From the NCBI GenBank assembly GCA_964291495.2, contig OZ219871.1:32001-96000 (forward strand): 64,000 bases of DNA, written 5' to 3'. This document shows, in pieces, positions 49,815 to 59,429 of this stretch (positions are counted from its first letter, which is position 1; each line of letters opens with the position of its first letter). The notes beneath the pieces were generated by a model that saw only the letters and a program-made list of their open reading frames with translations, did not search any database and had not been told where the DNA came from. Origin of the DNA: Dehalococcoidia bacterium. GTDB taxonomy: Bacteria > Chloroflexota > Dehalococcoidia > UBA2979. A program made the translations under genes and the position numbers.

Positions 49815-50954
49815 CTAGTCCCTCCTCATGATCGTCGACGCGGCCTTGCTGAAGGCCATCGTCGAGCAGTACTGGGCGATCTCCGCGCCCTCCACCTGCC
49901 TCGGCCCGGCCTGGCCGCGCAGCTGGCGCACGGCCTCCGGAATGTGCAGCCAACCCCACATGTAGCTCTCCGAAAGCTGGCCGCCGTTGGTGTTGAGCGG
50001 CAACTCGCCCCCCAGGCCGATGCGGCCGTCCTGGATGAAGGAGCCGCCCTCGCCCACCTCGCAGAAGCCGTACCACTCCAGCATCTGCAGCACCCACACG
50101 CTCGTCGGATCCTGGATGAAGAGCACGTCCACGTCCTCGCGGCCGACGCCGGCGGCCGGGTACACCTGGTCCCGCACGGTCTGGATGAAGGGCCGCATCA
50201 ACTGGTCGTCGTTCTGGAAGTTGCGCAGCGAGGTGTTCTCCGCCATCCCCATGAGGTAGACCGGCGGCTGCTTCATGTCGCGCGCCCGTTCCGCCGAGGT
50301 CAGGATCACGCAGGCGCCGCCGTCCGTGATCAGGCACATGTCGAACAGGTGCAGCGGCTCCACGATGTAGCGCGAGTTGAGGTAGTCGTCCTTCGTCAGC
50401 TCGTCGCGCATCACCGCGATCGGGTTGAGGCGGGCGTGCGCGCGCTCGGTGAGGGCGATCGCCGACATCTGCTCCTCGGTGGTCCCGTACTCGTGCATGT
50501 GGCGGCGCAGCGCCATCGAGGCCGGCCCGGCGATGTTGAAGAGGCCGTGCGCGAGGGCGTAGTCGGCGGCCGAGGTGCCTGCGAAGAAGTTGCGGTTCGA
50601 GCGCTGGTTCGTGCCGTACATGCAGGCGACGGTGTGGGCGAACCCGCTCGTGATCAGCATCGCCGCGAAGTGCAGCGAGAAGTTGCACGTCCCGTAGTCG
50701 AGCGTGGCGCTGTAGAGCGGGTTGAGTCCGATCAGCGGCGCGATCTGCGTGTCCACGCCGAGGTCGCCGAAGGAGCGGCAGGTCAGCAGCCCGTCGATGT
50801 CCTCCTTCTCGAGGCCCGCGTCGTCGAGGGCGAGCTTGAACGCATCGACGGCGATCTCGTTGCCGTCCTTGCCGGGGATCGTGCCCTGCCGGGTGGTGCC
50901 GACGCCGACGATCGCGACCTGGTCGCGCAGCTTGCTCAATTCGGTGACGCCCAT
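49815..50954 (-). CDS. Non-canonical thiolase-fold protein 3
   Basis: VAIVGVG, LFDMCLITDGG, IQDPT, NTNGGQLSESYMWGW. Confidence 0.88.
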   Translation of the reverse strand: MGVTELSKLRDQVAIVGVGTTRQGTIPGKDGNEIAVDAFKLALDDAGLEKEDIDGLLTCRSFGDLGVDTQIAPLIGLNPLYSATLDYGTCNFSLHFAAMLITSGFAHTVACMYGTNQRSNRNFFAGTSAADYALAHGLFNIAGPASMALRRHMHEYGTTEEQMSAIALTERAHARLNPIAVMRDELTKDDYLNSRYIVEPLHLFDMCLITDGGACVILTSAERARDMKQPPVYLMGMAENTSLRNFQNDDQLMRPFIQTVRDQVYPAAGVGREDVDVLFIQDPTSVWVLQMLEWYGFCEVGEGGSFIQDGRIGLGGELPLNTNGGQLSESYMWGWLHIPEAVRQLRGQAGPRQVEGAEIAQYCSTMAFSKAASTIMRRD

Positions 50955-51109
50955 GATCGCTCCCCGTGCGGCCGAAACGCGGCCCCAAGCATAGCCAATC
51001 TTCCTCGAGGGTCAGGGGAGCGTCGCCGCGCGGCGGATGGCAGCCGCTCGCGGCGTCGCTATGCTCGCAGGAGGACACCGCCCGCACTCGGCCGCGAGGA
51101 GGTGCAGCG

Positions 51110-52294
51110 ATGGCCGGACCACTCGCCGGCATCAGGGTGATCGACGTCACCGAGGGCGCACAGGGCCCGTGGGCCGGCGCGCTGCTCGCCGATCTCGGCG
51201 CCGACGTGATCAAGGTCGAGAAGCCCGGGGGCGAGATGATGCGGCGCTCCGGCCCGCTCAAGGGCGGGCACGCCCTTCCCAACGCCGGCCTCAATCACGG
51301 CAAGCGCAACATCGTGCTCGACCTCAAGGATCCTGCGGGCCGCGAGATCCTGCTGCGCCTGATCCGCGACGCCGACGTCTTCATGGAGAACTGGCGGCGA
51401 GGCGTCTCCGAGCGCCTGCAGGTGGACTACGACGTGCTCGCCTCGATCAATCCACGACTGATCTACGCCTCGGCCAGCGGCTTCGGGCAGACCGGCAAGT
51501 ACGCGCACAAGGCGACGGTCGACTATATCTCGCAGGCGATGGGCGGCTACTTCTCGCTGACCGGCCCCGAGGGCGGCCCCGGCGAGCGCCCGCGCTTCAT
51601 CGCGATCGACTTCACCTCGCCGTTGACCTTCGTGCAGGCGATCCTGCTCGCGCTGCTGGCGCGCGAGGACAGCGGGCGGGGCCAGTGGGCGCGCTGCTCG
51701 CAGACGGAGACGATGATCGCGGTCGGCGCGGTGCGCGCGGCCGAGTACTTCGCGAGCGGCGAGACGCCGCAGCCCTGGGGCAGCGCCAGCGCGCACCTCG
51801 TGCCCAGCCAGGCCTTCCTCGCGGCCGACGGCTACATCCTCGTCGAGTGCCCTACCGAGGACACCTGGCGCGCGCTCTGCGAGACGCTCGAGCTGCCGGA
51901 ACTGGCGGACGACTCGCGGTTCGACTCCAACGCGAAGCGCGTCGAGCGCCGCGAGGAGCTGCTGCCGCTGCTCAAGCAGGCGTTCCTGCGCTACAGCGGC
52001 GATCGCTGGCTCCAGAGGCTGGAGGCGGCGGGCGTGCCCTGCGGGCCCGTCCGCTGGGACATCGAGGACCTCTACAGCGAGCCGCAGGTCGTGGCGAACG
52101 AGCTGCTGGTCGACCGCGAGCACCCGGAGATGGGCCGCGTGCGCACCAACGCCGTGCCCTGGCTGTTCAGTCGCACGCCCGCCGAGTACGGCGAACTGGC
52201 TGTGGCGATGGACCGCGACCGCGAGGAACTGCTGGCAGAGCTCGGCATCCGCGATCGCGCGGCCGCGGCCACGAGCGGCGACGCCCGGCGATGA
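51110..52294 (+). CDS. Class III CoA-transferase, Asp-bearing subunit
   Basis: PLAGIRVID, NHGKR, ENWRRG, AIDFTSP. Confidence 0.88.
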   Translation: MAGPLAGIRVIDVTEGAQGPWAGALLADLGADVIKVEKPGGEMMRRSGPLKGGHALPNAGLNHGKRNIVLDLKDPAGREILLRLIRDADVFMENWRRGVSERLQVDYDVLASINPRLIYASASGFGQTGKYAHKATVDYISQAMGGYFSLTGPEGGPGERPRFIAIDFTSPLTFVQAILLALLAREDSGRGQWARCSQTETMIAVGAVRAAEYFASGETPQPWGSASAHLVPSQAFLAADGYILVECPTEDTWRALCETLELPELADDSRFDSNAKRVERREELLPLLKQAFLRYSGDRWLQRLEAAGVPCGPVRWDIEDLYSEPQVVANELLVDREHPEMGRVRTNAVPWLFSRTPAEYGELAVAMDRDREELLAELGIRDRAAAATSGDARR

Positions 52295-53487
52295 GCGGCC
52301 CGCTCGAGGGCGTCCGCGTCCTCGACCTCAGCGAGGGCGACGGCGCTCCCTTCTGCGCCATGCAGCTCGGCGACGCCGGCGCCGACGTCCTCAAGGTCGA
52401 GCCGCTCGAGGGCGACTGGGCGCGGCGCCTCGGGCCGCCCTTCGACGACGGCGACGGCCCGTTGTTCATGGGCATGAACCGCAACAAGCGCAGCATCGCG
52501 CTCGACATCGAGCGCGAGGAGGGCCGCGCGGTCGTGCGCGACCTCGCGGCGAGCGCCGACGTTCTCGTTGAGTGCTTCCCGCAGGCAGACGATGCCGAGC
52601 GCCTGGGCCTCGGCTACGCAACGCTCTCGGCAGCGAATCGTGGCCTGATCTACTGCGACCTCTCGCTGCTCGAGCGGCGCGGGCCGAACGCCGACAAGCC
52701 GGCGACGGACCTGATCGTGCAGGGGCTGAGCGGCCTGACCCGGTTCGTCGGCGAGCGCGGGAAGGAGCCGCTGCGCTTCGGCAGCAACTACGCCGGCGTG
52801 ACCGCCGCGATGTACGCCGCGCAGGCGATCCTCGCGGCGCTGTTCTGGCGACGCCGGAGCGGCGAGGGCCAGTACGTCGAGACCTCCTACCTGCGCGCGA
52901 TGATCGCGACGCAGCAGAACTACCTCGCCGCGCACAGCGACCCGGACGACTTCAGCGGCCCCTTCTACCGCGCGCACCTGAGGTCGCCCGTGCGGGGCTA
53001 CCCCACAAAGGACCGCAACATCGAGTTCACCGCCTCCTACGCCCGCGACCCGCGCGCGTTCGAGCTGCTGCTCGAGCGCGTCGGCATCCTCGACGAGGTG
53101 CGCGCCGATTCGCGGTTCGCGGACCGCGAGCTGGTGGCGGACGACCAGATCGCGCTTCAGCCCTACCTGGACAGGGCGTTCCTCGACCGCAGCAGCGAGG
53201 ACGTGCTGCAGCTCCTCGAGGAGATCGGTCTGATGTGCGCGCCGGTGCACGACTACGACAGCATGTTCCACGACGAGGGCATCCTCGAGCAGGAGATGCT
53301 GCTCACCGTCGAGCACCCGACGCGCGGCGAGGTGCGGACCATCGGCCTGCCCTGGAAGCTGGACACGCCGGGATCGGTGCGCCTCGCGCCGCCGACCCTC
53401 GGCGAGCACACGGACGCCATCCTCACCGAGATCGGCTACGACGCGCAGCGCATCGCCGCGCTGAGAGCGGACGGTGTCGTCCGCTGA
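52291..53487 (+). CDS. Class III CoA-transferase, Asp-less subunit
   Basis: ATGA overlap; PLEGVRVLDL, NRNKR; YAGVTAA at the catalytic-Asp position. Confidence 0.85.
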   Translation: MSGPLEGVRVLDLSEGDGAPFCAMQLGDAGADVLKVEPLEGDWARRLGPPFDDGDGPLFMGMNRNKRSIALDIEREEGRAVVRDLAASADVLVECFPQADDAERLGLGYATLSAANRGLIYCDLSLLERRGPNADKPATDLIVQGLSGLTRFVGERGKEPLRFGSNYAGVTAAMYAAQAILAALFWRRRSGEGQYVETSYLRAMIATQQNYLAAHSDPDDFSGPFYRAHLRSPVRGYPTKDRNIEFTASYARDPRAFELLLERVGILDEVRADSRFADRELVADDQIALQPYLDRAFLDRSSEDVLQLLEEIGLMCAPVHDYDSMFHDEGILEQEMLLTVEHPTRGEVRTIGLPWKLDTPGSVRLAPPTLGEHTDAILTEIGYDAQRIAALRADGVVR

Positions 53488-53520
53488 GCCCCCGCCGGAC
53501 GGGCTGACTACAGGCCCTGA

Positions 53521-54474
53521 CTACAGACCGAGGAACGCCCTCGCGTTGCCCGCGAGGATCAGCTCCTTCTCGCGGTCCGTGAGGTCGAGGGCCATCACCT
53601 GCGCGGCCATCTCGCGGATGTCCTCGCCGGAGCCGCCGCCCGGCCCGTCGGAGCCGAACATGATGCGTTCGATGCCGACCTTGCGGAAGACGCGGGCGGC
53701 CTGCACCGCGGGCATGCAGGAGTGGCTGCCCGGCGGGTGGTGGTCGTCCACGAGGCCGCCCGAGATGTCGAACCAGAGGTTGTCGGTGAACTCCCTGCTG
53801 AGGTCCACGCGGTCGTCCCACATCTGGTCGCAGAAGTGCGCCATGATGAACCTCAGCCGCGGGAACCGGGAGAGCACCGGGCGCCAGTTGAAGGGCATCC
53901 CGTACTGCTCGCCGTTCGTCACGCGCGAGGTGCTGTCGGTGAGGATCGGCAGCTCCGCCTCCTGCAGCCGCTCGTAGACCGCCAGCATGTTCGGGTGGTC
54001 CGGCATGTGCCGGCAGATGCTGGGGTGAACCTTCACGCCCTTCGCGCCGTTCGCGATGCAGCGGTCCAGCTCCTGGACCGCGCCTTCGCCGAACAGGACC
54101 GGGTCGATCATGACGAAGGGGATGATGCGCGGCTTCTCGGCGTGCGTCTCGCAGGCCCAGTCGTTGAAGCCGCGCACCCGCTCGCGCATCTGCTCGGCGA
54201 GGTCGAGGCGGACGCGCTCGACCTCCTCGTCCGAGGCGCCGCCGGCGCGGACGCGCGCGAGGCGCGCCTCCGTCATGCGCCCGGTATCCATGATGTTCTG
54301 GGTGGCGACGTAGCTGACCCCGCGCTCGTCCATGTACGGGATCACGGCCTCCGGGTTGCCCCAGTACCATTCGTCCGGCCAGCCGTCCTTGGGGAAGACC
54401 AGCCGCTCCTGGTTCACGTCCCTGCAGAGATGCAGGTGGATGTCGATGATCTCGGGACCGCCCGCTGCTGCCAT
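53521..54474 (-). CDS. Amidohydrolase family 2 protein
   Basis: IDIHLH, GVKVHP, IMAH, MFGSDGP. Confidence 0.88.
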   Translation of the reverse strand: MAAAGGPEIIDIHLHLCRDVNQERLVFPKDGWPDEWYWGNPEAVIPYMDERGVSYVATQNIMDTGRMTEARLARVRAGGASDEEVERVRLDLAEQMRERVRGFNDWACETHAEKPRIIPFVMIDPVLFGEGAVQELDRCIANGAKGVKVHPSICRHMPDHPNMLAVYERLQEAELPILTDSTSRVTNGEQYGMPFNWRPVLSRFPRLRFIMAHFCDQMWDDRVDLSREFTDNLWFDISGGLVDDHHPPGSHSCMPAVQAARVFRKVGIERIMFGSDGPGGGSGEDIREMAAQVMALDLTDREKELILAGNARAFLGL

Positions 54475-54490
54475 CGTGCTCCTCCGTCCG

Positions 54491-54904
54491 TTACGAGGCC
54501 GCCGGCCGGAAGCGCGGCACGACCACGTCCTCGGCGACCTGCTCGAAGACCACCTCGACGGGCATTCCGACCTCGATCGCGTCGTTGTCGACCTCGACGA
54601 GGTTGTTGATGAAGCGCACGCCCTCGTCGAGCTCGATGATCGCGACGTTGTAGGGCAGGTCCTCGCGGTACCCGGGCAGCCAGCCCTGGTGGTAGACGAT
54701 GAACGAGTAGACCGTGCCCGTGCCCGCCAGCCCCGCCCACTCGTAGTCCTCGGAGAGGCAGTCGCTGCAGTTCGGCGAGGGCGGGAACCAGATGTGCCCG
54801 CAGGCCGTGCAGCGCTGCGCGAGGAACTCGCCCCGCTTCGCGCCCTCCCAGTGCGGCTCGTTCAGCTCCGTGATGAGCGGCAGCGGCTTCGCGTACTCGC
54901 TCAT
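54491..54904 (-). CDS. DUF35 Zn-ribbon/OB-fold protein 4
   Basis: YAKPLP, QRCTACG, FPP..CSDC, PYNVA, LDEG. Confidence 0.92.
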   Translation of the reverse strand: MSEYAKPLPLITELNEPHWEGAKRGEFLAQRCTACGHIWFPPSPNCSDCLSEDYEWAGLAGTGTVYSFIVYHQGWLPGYREDLPYNVAIIELDEGVRFINNLVEVDNDAIEVGMPVEVVFEQVAEDVVVPRFRPAAS

Positions 54905-56049
54905 GCGCCACCCCGATAGATCAGCGACCAGGTGGACTGCCAGTGCCCGGTCGAGAAGGTGCACAGCACCGTCTCGAGGCCGGCGAGCTGGCGCTCCGGC
55001 TCCTCGGCCTCGCCACGGAGCTGGTTCACGGCGTCGAAGGTGTTGTGCCAGCCGACCATGTAGGTCATCCGGTTCTGGCCGCCGTGCGGGTTGACCGGCA
55101 AATCGCCGTCGAGCTCGATGCGGCCGCCCTGGATCCAGTCCTGGGCGGCGCCGAACTCGCAGAACCCGTAGTTCTCGAGGGCGGAGAGCACGTTCGGCGT
55201 GTAGGACTCCTGCACGTACAGCGCGTCGATGTCCTCGGGACGCAGTCCGGAGGCGCCCCACAGCAGCTCCGCGTTCGGCAGCTGCGAGGGGTGGTACATG
55301 CTGTTGGGGTGCTCCAGCTCGAGGAAGCTGGACTGCGCCCCCATCCCCACGATCGTGACCGGCTGCACCGGCAGGTCCGCGGCCCGCTCCGGGCTGGTGA
55401 GGATCATCGCGAAGCCGCCGTCGTTGACCATGCAGAAATCCACGAGCCGCAGCGGTGCGATCACGTAGCGGGTGTCCAGGTACTCGTCGAGGCTCAGCGG
55501 CTGGCGATATACCGCCAGCGGGTTGAGTGCCGCCGCCCGCGACTGCGCCACCGCCACCGCGCCCAGTTGCTCCTCGGTGGCTCCGAAGTCGTGCATGCGG
55601 CGGCGGTAGTTGAAGGCGGCGACCGCACCGGGGTTGGAGAGCCCGTACACGTCGTCGAAGTTGCCTCCGAGGTGGTAGACGCTCGATCCGAAGCGGTTGC
55701 GGTTGGTGCGCTGGTTGGTCCCGTAGACGCAGGCGACGACCTCGGCCATGCCGCTTGCGATGAGCAGCGCCGCGTACTGGATGACGGCGCCGTGGTGGCT
55801 CAGGTTCGAGCCGATGCGCGGCTCCACGCCGAGGCGGTGGCCGATCTCCTTGATGTCGCCCTGGCCGCCGAAGCTCGGCTGCACGATCAGGCCGTCGAGA
55901 TCCTCCTTGGACAGACCGCTGTCGGCCAGCGCCTCGCGCAGCGCCCAGATCGCGATCCCGTCGGCGCTGTGCTCGGGCAGCCTGCCCTGCGGCGTCGCCC
56001 CGACGCCGACGATGCAGACCTTGCCGAGGACGTGCTCAGCGAGCGGCAC
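54901..56049 (-). CDS. Non-canonical thiolase-fold protein 4
   Basis: IVGVG, LVDFCMVNDGG, VQESY, NPHGGQNRMTYMVGW. Confidence 0.86.
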   Translation of the reverse strand: MPLAEHVLGKVCIVGVGATPQGRLPEHSADGIAIWALREALADSGLSKEDLDGLIVQPSFGGQGDIKEIGHRLGVEPRIGSNLSHHGAVIQYAALLIASGMAEVVACVYGTNQRTNRNRFGSSVYHLGGNFDDVYGLSNPGAVAAFNYRRRMHDFGATEEQLGAVAVAQSRAAALNPLAVYRQPLSLDEYLDTRYVIAPLRLVDFCMVNDGGFAMILTSPERAADLPVQPVTIVGMGAQSSFLELEHPNSMYHPSQLPNAELLWGASGLRPEDIDALYVQESYTPNVLSALENYGFCEFGAAQDWIQGGRIELDGDLPVNPHGGQNRMTYMVGWHNTFDAVNQLRGEAEEPERQLAGLETVLCTFSTGHWQSTWSLIYRGGA

Positions 56050-58372
56050 GACTCGCCTCCCGAATCCCCTCGATGACCTCGTCCGTGTGCTCGCCCAGCA
56101 GCGGCGGCGGCCGCCGCAGCGAGCCCGGCGTCTCGTCGAGGCGCCAGGGCAGCCCGACCGTCGCGATGCGGCCCAGCGTCGGATGATCGAGGTGGCGCAG
56201 CATCTCGTACGCCACCATCTGCGGATCCTCGAACAGCGACCGGTAGTCGTTGCAGACGACCGCGATGCCGCCGCACTCCTCGATGATCTCCTTCAACTCG
56301 GCGGCCCGGTACTTCCTCGTGTAGGGCTCGAAGATCTCGCCGAGCGCCTCGGCGTTGAGCGTGCGGTCGAGCGTGGTCGCCCAGCGCGGGTCCGTCGCCA
56401 CGTCCTCCGGGACGCCGATGCGCTCGCAGAAGCGCAGCCAGCCGGTCTGATCGCGAACGAAGCCGATGTCGACCTGCAGATCGCTGCCGTAGAGGTCGTA
56501 CTCGGGCGGGTCGGTGGGCGCGGAGAGGTGCCAGCCGCCCTCGAGCGAGTCGTCGCTCTGCGCCGCGTTCAGCTGCGTCTCGATCGCGAGCAGCGAGCCG
56601 AGCTCGGAAACCTCGACCTTCTGGCCGCCGCCGCCGCGCGCGCGGTGGACGACGGCGGCCAGCACGCCCTGCACCGCGAAGAACCCGGCCGCCATCGCCG
56701 AGACGTCCTGGCCGTGGCGCAACGGCGGCTCATCGGGGCGGCCGAGGTAGCGCCAGATGTCGCCCATCGCCTGCAGCACGATCTCGGCGCCAGGCTTGTC
56801 GCGCAGCGGCCCGCGCTCGCCGAACGGGGTGACGTTGCAGTGGATCAGCTCCGGGTTCGCACCTTCGAGGTCCTCGTAGCGCAGCCCCAGCCGCTCCGCC
56901 TCGGCTGGCGCGAGGTCCGTCACCAGCACGTCGGCGCCCGCGATCAGCCCGTCGAGGGCGGCCCGGCCGTCGGCGTCCTCGACATCGAGCACGACGCCGC
57001 GCTTGTTGCGGTTGAGCGCGAGGAAGACGGGGCTCTCCTGGCCGAGGAACGGCGGACCGAGCGTGCGCGTCCAGTCGCCGCCCGGCGGCTCGACCTTGAT
57101 CACGTCCGCGCCGAGGTCGCCGAGCTGCATCGCGGCCAGCGGCGCGCCGATACCCTGCGCCAGCTCGACCACCGTGACGCCCTCGAGCGGCGCGGCTGCG
57201 GGCTGCGGCTTGGGCCGCGGGCCGTCGCGACGCGGCGGCTCCGCCTCGATCAGGGCGAGCACCTCGTCGCGGTGCTCGTCGATCGCCGGGGCGCGCTCGA
57301 CGCGGGCGGGCGTGGCGCTGAAGCGCCAGGGCGCGCCGCCGACCTTGACGGCGCCCCAAGGGTGCTCGCGCTCGACGATCTGTTCATTCGCCTGCACCTG
57401 CTCGCTCGCCCAGAGGTCGGTGAACGTCAGGAACGGCCCGCTCGGCACGCCGTGCGCTTCGAGGACCGCGAGCCAGTCCGCGGCCGACCGGCCCTCGAAG
57501 GTCCGCTCCAGCAGCGGGAGCAGCTCGGCGCGGTGCTCGACGCGGGCGGCGTTGGTCGCGAAGCGCGCGTCCTCGGCGAGCCCCGGGAGGCCGAGAGAGG
57601 CGCAGAGGCCGCGCCACTGCGCCTGCGTGTTCACGCCGACCGCGATGTAGCCACCGCCGGCGCGGAACGCCTGGTGCGGCACGAGGTTCGTTGTCGCGCT
57701 GCCCAGCGGCGCGTGCTGCCCGCCCGCGAAGTGCTCGGCGATGCGGGTGGTCTGGTAGACCGCCGCGGCCTGCATCATCGAGGTCTCGACAAACTGCGCG
57801 ATGCCGAACCGCTCGCGCGCGCAGAGCCCCGCCAGCACGGTCTGCGTGACGACCGCCGCGCAGGTGTGGTCGACGTGGCCGTTGCTGCGGAAGCGCTCCG
57901 CCCGCCCGCCCACCGGTCCGGTAAAGCTGTCGAACGCCGTGAAGGCGCGGGCGTAGCCGTCGGCGCTCCCCTCGCGCCTGCGAGGGCCGCGCGAGCCGTA
58001 GCCGGAGGACGAGCAGTAGACGATGTCCGGGTTGAGCGCGCGCACCGCCTCGTAGCCGAGTCCGAGGCGCTCCATCGCGCCCGGCCGGAAGTTCTCGACG
58101 AACACGTCGCTGCGCTCGGCGAGTCCTCGCGCGATCTCGAGGTCTCGCGGGTTCTTGAGGTCGAGGGCGATGTTCTTCTTGTTGACGTTGACGGACGTGT
58201 AGTACGTCGCGACGCCGTTCATGTGCGGCAGCAGTGTGCGGATCAGGTCGCCGGCGGGAACCTCGACCTTGATCACCTCGGCGCCGAGTTCGCCGAGGAA
58301 GGCCGCGCCCAGCGGTCCGACCGCCAGCTGGGAGACGTCCATGACGCGAAGGCCGGAGAGGGGGCCTGCCAT
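56036..58372 (-). CDS. Two-domain fused class III CoA-transferase
   Basis: Two CaiB repeats; Asp in domain 1 (HVDHTCA), absent in domain 2 (VSAMAAG). Confidence 0.92.
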   Translation of the reverse strand: MAGPLSGLRVMDVSQLAVGPLGAAFLGELGAEVIKVEVPAGDLIRTLLPHMNGVATYYTSVNVNKKNIALDLKNPRDLEIARGLAERSDVFVENFRPGAMERLGLGYEAVRALNPDIVYCSSSGYGSRGPRRREGSADGYARAFTAFDSFTGPVGGRAERFRSNGHVDHTCAAVVTQTVLAGLCARERFGIAQFVETSMMQAAAVYQTTRIAEHFAGGQHAPLGSATTNLVPHQAFRAGGGYIAVGVNTQAQWRGLCASLGLPGLAEDARFATNAARVEHRAELLPLLERTFEGRSAADWLAVLEAHGVPSGPFLTFTDLWASEQVQANEQIVEREHPWGAVKVGGAPWRFSATPARVERAPAIDEHRDEVLALIEAEPPRRDGPRPKPQPAAAPLEGVTVVELAQGIGAPLAAMQLGDLGADVIKVEPPGGDWTRTLGPPFLGQESPVFLALNRNKRGVVLDVEDADGRAALDGLIAGADVLVTDLAPAEAERLGLRYEDLEGANPELIHCNVTPFGERGPLRDKPGAEIVLQAMGDIWRYLGRPDEPPLRHGQDVSAMAAGFFAVQGVLAAVVHRARGGGGQKVEVSELGSLLAIETQLNAAQSDDSLEGGWHLSAPTDPPEYDLYGSDLQVDIGFVRDQTGWLRFCERIGVPEDVATDPRWATTLDRTLNAEALGEIFEPYTRKYRAAELKEIIEECGGIAVVCNDYRSLFEDPQMVAYEMLRHLDHPTLGRIATVGLPWRLDETPGSLRRPPPLLGEHTDEVIEGIREASRAAR

Positions 58373-58477
58373 GGCAACTCCCGCCCGATCCGCGAACCCG
58401 GCTGCCGGGTATGACGGACGTTGCCCTTCTAGGTTGGCGCGGCGAGCGCTGTCAACCGGCCCCGCGGGGTGCTCCGG

Positions 58478-59419
58478 CTAGTCGAGCCCGATGAACTCGC
58501 GGGCGTTCGTCGCGAGGATCCGCTCGCGCTCCTCGTCGCTGAGCGGGATGCTCATGAAGCTGCGCAGTTGCGGGCCCGCCTCGTGGCCCGGGGCGTCCGA
58601 GGCCCACAGCACGCGGTCGATCCCGAGCGCGCGCAGGAAGCGCGGCGCGTCATCGATCGGGCAGGCGCGGTGCCCGTCGCGCGCGTGGTGGCCCGGGCCC
58701 TGGAAGCCGCCGGCGAGGTCGAAGTAGACCTGCGGGAAGCGCTCGGCGATCGGGATACGCTCGTCCCAGAAGGCGCTGGCGGCGTGCGCCATGATGAAGC
58801 GCAGCCGCGGGAACTGCTCGAACACCGGCACGAAGTTCAGCGGCTCGCCGTAGACGCCGCCCTCGGGCGCGGGGGAGAGCGAGCCCGTGTCGCTGAGGAC
58901 CGGGACGTCCGCCTCCTGCAGGCGCTCGTAGAGCGGGAACATCCGCTCGTCGCCGGGGAAGTAGTGCCCGAGGCCGGGGTGGAGCTTGATCCCGCGCGCG
59001 CCCTCGGCCAACCGCGCCTCCAGCTCCTCCATCATCACCGTCACGTCGTAGAAGATGCCGATGTCGACGCAGGGGAAGGGGATGAGGCGCGCCTCGCGCG
59101 CGCCGAGCTCGCAGCACCAGGCATTGAAGCGCCGCAGGCGCTCCACGTGCTCCTCGCGGAGCCGCTCGCGCGCGCCCTCAAGCTCGGCCTCGGAGGCGTC
59201 CGGCACGCGAGCCAGGCGGCTCGCGATCATCCGGTTCGTGTCCATGTAGTTGATCATGAAGAGGTGAGAGAAGCCCTCGTCGTCCATCCAGTCGATGACG
59301 CGCGGTTCGTTGGCCCGATACCACTCGTCGGGATAGCCAGGCTTGGGGAAGACGAGCCGCTCCTGCGCGGGATCGCGCGTCAGGTGCACATGCACGTCGA
59401 TGACCTCGGGCAGCGCCAT
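58478..59419 (-). CDS. Amidohydrolase family 2 protein (paralog of 53521..54474)
   Basis: IDVHVH, GIKLHP, IMAH, WASDAP; shares QERLVFPKxGxPDEWY. Confidence 0.88.
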   Translation of the reverse strand: MALPEVIDVHVHLTRDPAQERLVFPKPGYPDEWYRANEPRVIDWMDDEGFSHLFMINYMDTNRMIASRLARVPDASEAELEGARERLREEHVERLRRFNAWCCELGAREARLIPFPCVDIGIFYDVTVMMEELEARLAEGARGIKLHPGLGHYFPGDERMFPLYERLQEADVPVLSDTGSLSPAPEGGVYGEPLNFVPVFEQFPRLRFIMAHAASAFWDERIPIAERFPQVYFDLAGGFQGPGHHARDGHRACPIDDAPRFLRALGIDRVLWASDAPGHEAGPQLRSFMSIPLSDEERERILATNAREFIGLD

Positions 59420-59429
59420 CGCCGGACCC

